A stretch of DNA of 64,000 bases from Atractiella rhizophila (Eukaryota), in assembly GCA_021432655.1 (NCBI GenBank), contig MU271233.1, positions 64,030 through 128,029 on the forward strand. Reading direction: 5' to 3'. Below the pieces are notes generated by a model. The model searched no databases and had not been told where the DNA came from. It was given only the letters and a program-made list of their open reading frames with translations. How positions within the stretch are numbered: position 1 is the stretch's first letter; every line of letters starts with the position of its first letter. This document shows, in pieces, positions 27,015-39,494 of the stretch. Position numbers and translations under genes: made by a program.

Positions 27015-27117
27015 CCGAAGGATTGATAAAGTTTCGGGCGTTTGGTTAACAGTTTTCAGCATCCCTATTTCCTCTTCATTACATTACTACGAATCAAGTG
27101 TAAAATCCTACCAAACA

Positions 27118-27811
27118 ATGGTTCGTTTCTCTCCTCACTATGTTCCTCTCCTAATGTGTTTCTGGTAGGATCCCGATGCTGGTTTTTCGTTCCCTGCCCT
27201 CTTCAGCTCATGTCTGATGTGTTGATGTTCGGCAGAGGCGAAAGAGGCGTTCGCGCTTTTCGACAAGAAAGGGAATGGGACTATAGCCCGCGAATCGCTT
27301 GGTGATCTTCTGAGAGCTCTGGGGCAGAATCCCACACAAGCTGAGGTTGCGGATTTGGCCAACACCGCTCCGAGAGACAGTATGTTGCTTCTTTCTCCCG
27401 GTTCGTGGAAAGGGGGAGGTGATGAATTTACTGGCAGTTGATTTCTCAACTTTTCAGAAGATACTGAATCGTCCTAATGGCTTTAAACCGGCTGGAACTG
27501 CGGGTACGGTTGCTCCATTCTCACCGCGTCGTTTTGATGAGTGTCAATGGAAACAGATGAGTTCATCCGCGGCTTCCAAGTTTTTGATAAAGAACAGAAT
27601 GGGTATATCGGAGCTGGAGAGCTTCGATATGTTCTCACGAGCTTAGGAGAGAAGCTGACGGATGAGGAGGTAGATGAGCTGCTCAAGGGAGTTCACGTTG
27701 GAAGGTTCGTCTTCCGTCCGGTTACGATTGCCATCTAACGTATGAATGTGCTCCGAAAGTGATGGGAATATCAATTACAAGCAATTCGTAAACCAGATTC
27801 TCAGTCAGTAA
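27118..27811 (+). CDS. Myosin light chain (Cdc4/Mlc1-type EF-hand protein), multi-exon with very short 5' exons
   Basis: [43 protein letters not shown]...[46 protein letters not shown]...[16 protein letters not shown]. Confidence 0.92.
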
Positions 27812-28257
27812 AGCTGTGTCTACTCGAATTGATGTGTAGATTATGGGACAATTGGCTCTCCCACGGCTGTAATTCTTTATGATCCACCTCCTGCTTCCTA
27901 TTTGCACAGTCCACGTTAGCTCCTGTCATAAGTCTGTGAAGTACAGGGTGCGCCAGGCTTAAATGTAAGAGTACCTAATACTTCAATGCGTCGCGTGACA
28001 GAGATTGCAACCGCAATCCCTTATCGCAGCAGGGTAAAACCACCAAGATTGCCTCTACGCTCAATCACCTCAAATTGTCAGCTCCCCTTTGAGGGTTGCG
28101 AAATTGAAGCCGAACAGCCACAGCCTGCACGATTGATTGCGTCTGGTCTGGCGCAGCCTGAAGATATCTATATCGTGACAAACTGACGACTGAGAAGGGG
28201 AGCCATTATGATAGTTGTGACGGAACATTACTGACTAATAGAGTAGAAGCCTGAAAT

Positions 28258-30614
28258 ATGGCTCAACCCATTCCTGCCAGGACGAGAGAGAATGAAGGTC
28301 ACGAATCTGGAGGGAGTTCCTCCATTCTTCAGTCCTCCCTTGACCTCGTCTTCTCCTACTCCCGTTCACAAACTTTCTATGCCTCGAATCTGGCAACACG
28401 AGATGCTCCTTCTTTCGCAGGGAGTTATCGAGGCGAGTATGATGACGATGACGAGCGGGAATCTTTCGCTGACAGTGGTCGATACGACGAGGATCGACGT
28501 GACGAAGATGGGATGGATTGGGACGAGACGAATGAAGATGACCCAACGACTCCTCATGTTCCAGTATCGAATGAGGAACATGAGTGGAACGAACCTCTTC
28601 CTCAGAACGCGTCCTCGCTACACCGTAAACCGTCGAGAGAAGCGTCCGAGGTTGCGAACGAACGAACTCCCCTCATCACATCCAGAGGAAGACCAGCTCT
28701 CCGGGGAATCCTCCTCAATTCAGGCTCACCTTCTCAATCGCAGCTCCCATACAAATCTCCCGATCTCTCCTATTTGGGACCAACACCTCCCCGTCTTACG
28801 CGAACGGGATCCTCATCCTCTTCCAAGCACAAGCTCCGGAAAGGCATCCTACCCGCAGGCTCGTCCACCTTTGGCCAAACTCTATTCAACACGATTAACG
28901 TCCTCATTGGTCTGCTGTCATGCACCCAGGCTTTGAAAGAAATACTTAGAGTTTGGGTACAGGTGTCGGAATTCTTTCGGAACCTCTGGCTTTCAGTCAC
29001 GCTGGATGGATTGGAGGGTCTATTCTACTCATTTTCTGTGGAGGTGTAACGAACTATACGTGGGTCCTACCTCCTAACCTTTCTACAAACTAACACTGTC
29101 TCTAGTGGGAAACTGCTTGCTCGAATTATGTACTCGGATTCTTCATTGAAGAACTATTCAGATATTGGACTCAAGGCTTTTGGCCCAAACTCGAAGACTT
29201 TCATCAACATTCTGTTCTGCCTGGAGTTGTCAGCTCTGTGGTACGCTCGTTTTTCCCCCTGTTTCAGCCTATTTCACATTTCTGGAACAGTACTGCATTT
29301 TTTGTCCTTTTTGGAGATACCCTCAGCGGACTCTTGGGTTCGTCGCCCACGATGTTCAAACTGATCGGGTTCCTTCTGTCAGTTAACCCTCCGCACTAAT
29401 CATTTCATTGCACGGTCTAATAGTTGTACCTCAGATTTGTACCGACGGTCTTCATGCCACTACGACTTCTATCTCTTACTTCGCTCGTCGGAATATTTTC
29501 CTCTTTCAGTCTTCTTGCTGTCGTCTTGATCGACGGGGCGAGCAAGCCCAATGCTCCTGGAAGTTTACGGGAACCAGCGCATACATTCTGGAGTCCTGAT
29601 TGGCGCCGAATACCTCTTAGCTGTGGCCTCATCATGTCGGGAGTATGTGTGATCCTCCGCTTGAGAATCGGACAGGTAAACTGATGTCCTGTCCTGCTGC
29701 CCTGAACAGTTTTCTGGTCACGCTGTGATTCCATCTCTGGCTAGAGATCTGGATCGTCCTGAGAAGTTCGACAAGATGCTCAACATCGCTTACATCGTGA
29801 CCTTCGCTGTTTACGGAATCATGGGTGTAGCAGGTTATCTCATGTGCGTCGTTACCGCCGCTTGCACAACTGGGACTAGTAAATTGCTTAAACTTCTGAA
29901 ATAGGTTTGGTAGAAATATCAGGGACGAAATCACGATCAATCTGCTCGAGACGCCTGGGTATTCTGCCGCCCTGAACAAGTTTGCAGTCTGGATGATAGG
30001 CATCAATCCCGTGGCGAAATTCGCCCTTGGATTCAAGCCGCTCGCTTCCACTATGGAGCACATCCTCGCGCTCGATCTTGAAGATGAACCTCGACCAAAG
30101 AGGAGGAAGTCGAGAGACGAAGCAGAAGAAGATGGGTTACTCAAGCCACCCGGTGCTGGGCACTCAGCTTCCACGTCTTCTCTCCGTCCAGAGGAGGTAT
30201 CAGGCAGAGAGTCATCCTTCCTTACAGCAACAACAGAGGCTTACGATAGTTCTTTTTCCCACTACAACCGACATGTCATTGTCTATACGGCTCGCTCGAG
30301 AATGATTGGGAGAGCGCTGACGAAAGTCAGCCTCGTTACCTTACTGCTCGCCATTGCCATCGTTATTCCTGATTTCGACAGAGTCATGTCCTTTCTGGGA
30401 GCTTTCTCTGCATTCGTGATTTGTGTAAGCTCCTTAACTTCCTCCATCTTACCATGCTCATGCCATCAGGAAGGTCATCGGCCCTTTGACTGCATACATG
30501 ACCTTGTGGAAAGGCAAGCTTTCTCGAACTGAACTGGTCATCGATTATCTCCTTCTGCTCATTGCAACCATCCTCGCTGCAGTAGGAACAGTGTTCTCTT
30601 TTCTCCCTCATTGA
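28258..30614 (+). CDS. Vacuolar amino-acid transporter, AVT1-like (Aa_trans family)
   Basis: ERTPL sorting-type motif, [87 protein letters not shown]. Confidence 0.92.
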
Positions 30615-30887
30615 TGCAATGATGAAATTGGAAGCTATAATATTGATTCGTGAAAAGTCGTAAACCTGATTGATACCGGACAACCTTGATGATACAACCT
30701 GAGAATTGAAGCACTTCCGCACAACACGACTGAAAATAAGGCTGGAGACAGACTACTTATGGAGAGGGAGCATTGGGGTACGGATGAGAATAATGAGACA
30801 TAAACCGATAACGGCACCGAAGGCACTGATTTTGTGAACGTCCATGGGGCACTGAACGAATTGAGTTGGAAACGGATGGAGACTATG

Positions 30888-31874
30888 CTATGCCCCCGTG
30901 TATAGGAGGCATTTAGGGACGCGACCCTTGAGAACTGCAGCATGATGACGCCTGATCGCGGAAGATGAGACCATGAAGGAGCAAAAAAGTGAAGTGAGAC
31001 ATACTGCAGGGCGTCCGTTCTTGAGAAGCTTAGGGAACACCCTTCACACTTGTACGGCCTACGCATAGGATTCTCGTCACTCCCGACCTCAACGACGAAG
31101 AAAGAAGCACACCTTTCGCCAGTATGTCTCCTCGCATGTCTGTCCCTGTCATACTTCCTCGTAAACCTCTTCTTACAATTCTCATGGCGACAGAAAAATT
31201 TCCTCTCGTCATGCGCAATAACGTTGGAGGAACACTCTGGAGAGCCAGCGGATGTGGAGCTATCGAGCAATTCTGGTTCGGAGCCAATGTTTGATGGGCT
31301 GACGCTTCGCTCCTGCTAGATATGACGTCCGTCATTGGGAAATGGACGCTTGCAACTGAATGAGAAATGTAGACGAACCTTTGGCTGTAGTAATGAAGTG
31401 CTATCGTTGCTCGATGTCGATGGTGCCTTTATCGGGATATCGACGTCGGAGCTATGACGGTAGAGTCGATAAGGCGAAGTAGATGATTGCCCAAGTTGAG
31501 AGAGTCCGATGGCTGCTTGTAACTCTCGCCCAAGGTCTCGTGAGGTCCCACGTGCGGAGGAAGAGGAAGAAAGGTGGGAGGATTGGAGCGAATCGTATCT
31601 CTGAAAGGATGTAGACGGATATGGGATGGCAGGGATGTCGTGCATCGCCGAAAACGTTGCTCGAAGCCTAGTTTTGTCGCTGCCAATCATTCGAGTGACA
31701 AAATATTCTTCAGCGAAATGTTCAGTAAAGAAAACAAGGCAGATCGAAGAGGTGCTGACCAGCTTGGTAGCTTTCACTTTCTGCACCAAACCCATTACGA
31801 GTCGCGAGGTATATTTCTTCTCCCACCGCATCCTTGAGAGAAGGAAGCCGAATTGTGTTCTTGATGGAGGGCAT
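30888..31874 (-). CDS. C2H2 zinc-finger transcription factor (two C-terminal fingers); start uncertain
   Basis: FFCRHENCKKRFTRKYDRDRHARRHTGER-PYKCEGCSLSFSRTDALQ-RHH joined by GT-AG introns. Upstream exons are low complexity; start could be ~31645 or ~31874. Confidence 0.78.
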
Positions 31875-34531
31875 GCTGCGGGGAGGGAGAACAAAGGGAG
31901 AGTTGAAAGACAAATGGCGACCAAGGTGGAGCAAAAGCTCTCAAATGTCGACGTGAGGGCCTCAAAGCGGGCACCTTTTCCATGCGAGGTCGCTGTTTTA
32001 AGGGGGCAGACGCAGGCAAAGATGGTAAGGTTTACTGAGCCTGTTTAAATAATAATAGTTAGGCTTCGAATCAAATTCCTGAATAAAATGGGCCAAGTAC
32101 AACTCACCTACAGCCAGGTGGAGCACGCGCACCTCCAGATGCCAGGTAGGAGGCGAACGGAGTGCCTTCGAGCGACTGTGGGAAAGAAGGACCTTCAAGC
32201 TTTATATTTTGAAAACACCTCTGAATAGAGGTAAGTTTGTGAATCAAGCCAGAATCAGTGGCGGAGAATATGAGTGAGATAGAGTGTTGTCCCCTTACCT
32301 TAACTCTGTTTCTCCAGCCTCAGCCCACACGGGGTCGCAATTCAAGCGGGAGTTGAATTCCAGGTCCAATGCCACACCATGACGATAAATCGATTTATCT
32401 CTCACGAACGAGCGGGTGCGCGAATCGTTGGCGCTTTCACTCTGTCGTGAGCTTTGCGTGAGCAATTTCCACACAACTTCAGGATTCAGTCACGGAAGGT
32501 TTAGAAAGGTTCACCTCTCATCGTTCGGGAACGGTCGATCAAAGGGCCCACACAACCCAAAACCAGTTGCTTTTGGCGTTGCGCCGACGGCCCAGGACCA
32601 CGATCGATAATTACGCCTCCAAAAGTTACCAGAAGCTGAGCTTGTGTCCGTTCGTTACTGAGGAGATAGATTACTGAGGAGACACTGTAAGGATGGAGAT
32701 CTTTCCATTTGGCACTTCGAGAGGTCCCCATTCCCCTCACCGCTCACCTGCTGCTGCCCGATTAGTAATAACCGAGGTCTGCAGGGCAGGACGTCGACAG
32801 GTGTCAGGGTCAGGAGAGAAACGAAGATTATCCGTTCCAGATGCAAGATTCGGTGAAGGCTGGAGAAAGAAGAGGAGATGCGCCTTTGCCCTGGGAAAGC
32901 GCTAGAAGGCAATCAGCGCCGACGCCTGGCGCTGAGGCCAGGCTTGTGGCGCGATGAGATCCAGATTTGCCTTAGAAATAACAAAGTCGTCTAGAGTATC
33001 GAGAATCCAGGGGAAAGTCGCAGGGGACTTGATGTCAAGCACGCATGATGCCCTGAGGTGGGATCGGCCCATTGTACAGCACATCTTGCATCAGAAATCA
33101 TCCCTTCCATACAGCTTGAACCCGACAGCTGAAATCTTAGAAGCTCCAGTCACCGCTGCCCCTCTTTCCATCTCCACAGTTATCTCAATGCACCTCGAGG
33201 CTCAGTTCGAGGCTGAATTAAGCACCTATGTAATTTGATGGAGACCGACGTTGTCAAACCCCCTAAACTGAACAATAACCGGATCAGCAGGTCTCACCGA
33301 CGTCAACTTTGAAAGCTCGAAAGCTCCTCTTGTTGCAGCTAAGAACGCCAGACGGAAGCCAACGAAGGTGCGGTAGGCCGGGGTGTGGAGTTCGATGGAA
33401 TGCAAAGCCCAACACTATATGCGCAATATGATGCTGCAGGGGACACTCGATCTCCAAGGCATTGAACAAACACATCGACGAATTCGTCGATTGGCATGCA
33501 TGCGTTTGGAATAAGGCTTGGATATTGAAACAGGCTGAGCGTAGAAACTACCGCAAAGAAGGACCTGCACCGTCCCTGAGTGCGGATGACCCGAACGTAA
33601 CGCGCAAAGGTCCACCTCCAGTAGGTTCAGCACTCCGTGACAACATATATCGGAAATGGGGAGCAACTGATTGAATAGCAACGGGTGTCCTCACGAACAA
33701 CAGAAACGGTCTTCTGCAGCGAAGGAGTCAGCAAATATCTGACCTTGATTGTTTCCTTCCCCTCGGGATGGATGTCCCGAAAGAAAGCTGCGCTTCTAAA
33801 ACGAGGAAGCGACAAAACAATCCGAAAACATAGACGTTGTGCGTGCCCCGTTCATCTTCATGTATTAATCGTAGAAGCACGGGAGAATTCTCCAGCCAAA
33901 CTTCTAGAAGACGAGCTTGATTGATTGGGCGATCGTTCATCTCGTTGAGAAGACTATTACGCCGCCACGGTCGACGTGCATCTCAGCACAAAATCAGAAA
34001 GAGAAGCCAACGGAGATGGAACAAGAGCTCGATTTCGAAACCCCATGGCCGCCAGAAAGAGATAGACGGGCCCTGGAACGTTCACACTCGGTTGTAGACC
34101 GGTTTGGGCTCCAGGACCCTCGAAAGGGCTGAGAGCAGCCAATATCAACACCATCGGCGAGGGAAGAAGCGAAATACGGCGCGGCGCGATGGAATCGGTG
34201 TTCCTGAATTCGATGCGTTTAGGTCATTTTCTCGTGCTGCCCCCATAGAATTAAGACTGAACTTAAAAGTAATGCGAATAAAGCTGACCACCCTGACGCT
34301 AGCATGACAGAACAACCCGAAACAGGGAAAAGAATGTGAGTGTTCTTGATTAGTGTTGAGTACAGTCACGTGCTCTGCGTAGCCCTTGACCAAGTTCTCA
34401 AAAACTGGATTGTGATAGTGATATATACAAACTGAAAATTATGCACAGCAGAAACAGTCGGGTTTCTGCAAATCGCTCCACTTTTTCGTGCTCACATTTC
34501 TCACGCTCACGTTTTCGAAACCTCCCAAGCT

Positions 34532-35637
34532 TTATCCAACATTGACCTTTTCTCCTGCTTCTCCATCTTTCTCTACTTCGTGTTCCCCGAGCTCTATTGG
34601 AGGAGTGATAGATTGGGAATTGATGTAGGAGAGATAGATGGTCCAAAGGACGCCTATTACATTGCAACAATTAGAATCAAGTTAGCATGGGGCTACGGAG
34701 AAGAGACCAAGACAGACCCATTGATGCAGAATACGGGACTCGATAACGAAGTGGCAGATAGCGGAAGTTGATCAGCTATTCATGTGCCAGGTTAAATAGC
34801 GATTTGGAATGGTGAGATGGCGCCCTACTTGTATTATGGGCCATATCTGTTTTACCCGTCAGCGCCATTGTATCATGGAGAAATCAACGACCGCACCCGC
34901 CAATTAACGAGAAGGATCTTGAAATACAGCTCTTTGAATTTCTCCCAGATATCAGGGATCTCCATTCCCTCCAACAGACTGATACTCGTCAAAAAGAGAG
35001 CTAGTCCAAGAGGGGCCCTTCATCCGATGCAAAACCGACAGAGCAAGATATCAATTCACAGGCCGAGGACCGTCCATCGCAAAATAGGGAGAAGACATAC
35101 ATGAACATCTGGTCAGCGAACACCCTCTTTCCCAACTGTTTATAGCTGACTTCCTTCTCTCGTCCCCTCTCCTTCTCCTGTTCCTTCTCCCATTCCTCTT
35201 GTTGCTTCATGAAATCTTTCACAGCCTTCTCTGCGCTCTTAAAGTCATTCGCGTTCACACTTTGCTTCCCTGTCTGTCCCTTCGGCGCTTGAGGAATGAG
35301 AGGACTGATGGATGGAGGCCGGAGTGGGAATCTGTATTCCAGGTACTCGTTCCATTTGCCGATTAGGGGACCCATGGAACAACCGAAGGTTAGGAAACGG
35401 AAGGAGCGCTCGAAGTCGAAGGGGACAGGACTGCCCGACTGCACATTCCACATGGAACAGCATGAGTGTGTGCTCAGATGTTGAAATAAGGGAAGGTAGG
35501 AAGGAAACGCATACTAGGATGGGTATGAGCTGGGCCGCTGTGTCTCCCACGACCGAGAGAACGCCATTGGTGACGAAGAGAGTTTTGTAGGGTGAGCGCG
35601 CGAAGGACCGGTTGTAGAAATTCATGAGTGAAGACAT
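34532..35637 (-). CDS. Mpv17/PMP22 family membrane protein (SYM1-like)
   Basis: PYKTLFVTNGVLSVVGDTAAQL, FDFERSFRFLTFGCSMGPLIGKWNEYLE, KRVFADQMFM, IWPIIQ-LINFRYLPLRYRVPY, VLWTIYLSYINS. Confidence 0.9.
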
Positions 35638-36223
35638 TTTGAAATCTTTGCAGTAAATAGTGTGAGTAACTAGCTCTCCCAACCTCTCCACCGTTGCAGT
35701 AAGAAAGAAACACACCGATTTCGTTCGTCTGCCAAGTTCTATGCTGAATAGTTATTCGACTTTGCTTCTACCTTCCAACAATATCAAACTGACACTCTGG
35801 CGACAATCTAATTCGTCTTTCGATATAACAGGGAAATAAAGGGTGCCACTAGACTCTAAAAAGCAAGCAAACTGAAGCAGGGATTGTGAGCGTCAATGCA
35901 AAGAGAACAACCTGATGTCATAACGTCCGTACAGGATGCAAACCTGGCGTCCTTCGCGCGGACGCTTCTTCGATTCCGCGGCCAGAAAGTTGGGTCAAGC
36001 TGCTCAAGGTACGTGAACAGAAACAGGCCGACTGGCTCCAGCCAGAGAGAAGTACCCAATTGCCACTTTCTGGCTGAACAAGGTCTTCATGAATTCACAA
36101 AGCAGGGCGTTGGTTTGTGCGAAATAGCAAGATCACTGTCCGCGGCTAGCATTTGCCCGACTCGCAGCCGCGGAACTAGAGTGAACAAGAACCAAACCTT
36201 TGAAGAAGCCAACATCTTTGAAA

Positions 36224-38987
36224 ATGTCGCCCTTAGTAGCAGGCTACAACGATTCCTCTGACGAAGAAAGTCCCCTGCCTTCTTCTTCAACGTCTATTCC
36301 CACATCGAAGTCGAGTTCAGCTGCTTTGCCGCCACCGAGTTTGGATGGAGTGCAGGGCATGGATGAGGAGGATGAGGATGTCACTGTGGATGGAGATGTC
36401 TTTGGATTGTCTGGGATTGGGGATAAATCTACAGCTACGGAGGCCAAGAAGAAAGCAGAAGGCATGGAAATAGATTCAGCACCAACTGTGCTTTTGACTG
36501 TGCGTGACTTTCTATCTCGCCAGCGTTGGGTGTTGTGGTTGTGGCTGTAGAGGGGAATTAGCTGATTAAATCGTTTTTATATTTGTGGCGAATAGGAAGG
36601 GGTTCAAAATTCCTCTCAGATCCTCCTCCGTCCAGGAGACACGGAAATGAATGTGAATCTGGCCTGGGAGGACCTTTCCAAGCCAATACAAGGACCCAAA
36701 AACCCATGGAGTAGTCGATACATGGAGAGACAAAACATTCTCACCGGTGTGTCTCCACTCCTACTTCCTCTACCTCCCAAAAGCAAAAGCTAAGACGGCG
36801 GATACAAAGGCAACATCGAACCGCAAGCATTCAACGATGCCGACTTCATGAGACAACAACGCTCCTTCCACGTCTCAGGCTACGCGCACAATCCCTCCCT
36901 GTTGAATTCACACGTCCAACCTTTCATCGGCGACGTCCATTCCGCGTATTCGAACGGCGGCCAACTCTCCACCGATCTCGCACCCTCTCGTTCCGCTGTA
37001 CGGGCGACGAAGCGGAAGCGGCATGCGAAGGGCGAATTGGGCGTGTTCGATGAGGAAGGTCAGGAAGGCGAGAGTAGGGAGTATAAGGGACCTTGGGCGG
37101 GTTGGGAGGACGAAAGGGTGGGTGAGAGGGTGAGCCGACGCAGGAGGAGTGGGAGGAACAGGAAGTGATGAGTACGCTGAGGAAGGAGGGAGGGAAGAAG
37201 GCACGCATTGATAGAGGACGTGAGGTGGGCTTTGGGGAGGAAAAGAGCGTGTTTCATGGTTCGTCTTCTCCTTTGTTTTTTGAGTGAGAGGTGATGAGGT
37301 GATCGTTGACGTTGCTTCGTCCCGATAGGCAAGAGTCTTACAGACTATTTGGGCCGTACCTACATGCATATCCCACAAGATGTCGACGTCAACCTCACCC
37401 CCGAAGAGCCAGGACAGCAAGAATGCTACGTCCCCAAATCCTGCATCCACACCTGGTCAGGTCACACCAAAGGTGTATCTGCAATCCGTCTCTTTCCGGG
37501 AAGCGGCCATCTCATGCTCAGCGCGAGCATGGACAATCGGATCAAGGTCTGCTTCTCCTCTTCATTTTACTCTGCAAGCAGTCCGTTGATGAAGATGTTG
37601 GGTGGAATAGCTTTGGGACGTGTACCATGAAGGAAAATGTCTGCGCACGTTCATGGGTCACTCGAGAGCTGTCAAGGATGTATGCTTCACCAATGATGGA
37701 CGCAAGTTCATGAGCGCGTCGTATGACCGTCAGTTGAAGCTTTGGGACACTGAAACTGGTACGTCGTTGCATTCCATTTCTGTTCCGTTTCCGTTCCACG
37801 GCTCCTCCACCGCCTGCGCAATGAAGTTGGACTAGTGTGATTGAAACGATTGGGCAGGTCAATGCATCCAAGCTTTCTCGAATGGCAAAGTCCCCCACTG
37901 CGTGAAATTCAACCCGGATCCCGATAAACAGAACATCTTCCTCGCTGGCATGGCGGATAAGAAGATTGTTCAGTTTGACATCAATTCTGGCGAGATTACT
38001 CAAGAGTATGACCAGCATCTCGGCCCGGTGAAGTACGTTTCATTGTGTCTGTTCCTGAGGTTGGGGACTGACTCGTTGACGCCTTTTTGTGGGGTAATAG
38101 TACAATAACTTTTATCGATGAGAACCGTCGGCATGTCTCCCCCTCCATCCCTTTGATCCCGGTCTGGAGCTTGGATGATATCGCTAACGCGCCTCCGATG
38201 ACAGGTTCGTCAGCACCTCTGATGACAAGACGATACGCGTGTGGGACTTCGATATTCCAGTGGTGATCAAATATATCGCAGAACCAACTATGCATTCAAT
38301 GCCAGCTGTCGCCTCCCATCCGTCCGGTGCGTTCTGTTCTCATCATTTTCGTTCTCACCCCCGTCATCCAACAACCCTCTCTACTCGTTACGTCCGTGCG
38401 AAACTAACGCGATTGCGATTTGTTGCTGTGAATGGATAGGAAAGTACCTTGCCTTTCAATCACTCGACAACCAGATCTTCATTTATTCCACCGGCGAATC
38501 ATTCCGTCAGAATCGCAAGAAAGCTTTCAGGGGACACACGGTTGCGGGATACGCTTGCGAGATTGCGTTCTCGCCTGACGGAAAGTTCATCAGCTCCGGA
38601 GACGGACACGGTAACCTGGTGATCTGGGACTGGAAGAATTCCAAGCTGCTCAAGAAATTGCCTGCGCACAAGAAGGTGTTAATCAGTCATGCTTGGCTGC
38701 CTCACGAGACTGTGAGATTTCTTGACCTCTCTTTGTTTTTTGTTCCCCGCGTCCCTCCGTTATGTCCTTGCTTCTCCTTTCCCTTTCCGCCTTCCGATAT
38801 CATGTGGACGAGCACTGACGTCGGTTCGGTTATGCAGAGTAAAGTTGTGACGGCAAGCTGGGATGGAAATATATGTCTTTGGGTAAGTGATCCCGTTCCG
38901 TCATCATGCTCCCGCCTCCAATCTTGGCGATGGTTGAATGATTTCTGAAACTGTGACTGACGAGAGCCCATGTCTTGACAGGATTGA
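36224..38987 (+). CDS. PRP17: Pre-mRNA processing factor Prp17/CDC40 (WD40); apparent 1-nt frameshift at ~37131
   Basis: [130 protein letters not shown]. Confidence 0.95.
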
Positions 38988-39494
38988 TGTCCCCCACAGA
39001 CCTCGGCTTCCCACAATAAATGGTATCGATATTGCTGCCTCAGCACTGATTGCGCATGGAGATTGAAAACAAGGTGTCATTTGTTACACTCGCCCCATAT
39101 TGTGGCTGCAGAGCTGGGACGTCAATTGAAGCGATAGGCGCATAGGCCCTGCTTGGTTCGGCTTGGTTGGATGGAACTGTTCATCGTCGCCTGAACGTTC
39201 ATAAATGTCAAAGCTTGTGGTTAAATGCTGGATTCGTTTCGCGTTGCATCACGTGGAGGGGCCGTAGAGTTTGAGCGAGATCGTCAACGAACCGCGTGGT
39301 GTCGGCACCCCACTCAGACCTTGGTTGCACTAAAAAAGACGACCATTCCGAAGAGCGATCCCTCCTTAGACAAGAATTCTCAGAGCAGTCTATCCATTTG
39401 ATCATAGATACAGTATCTCTGAGATAAGACAGCCTCGCGTGTGCATTCCCCTTACCCCCCTCACACCTCCAGCGCTGACCGCACAGCATAGGAA

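Noticed and set aside
2925..38987. Functional cluster of SPT5, RSE1 and PRP17
   Set aside because: Separated by unrelated genes; consistent with chance in a gene-dense genome.
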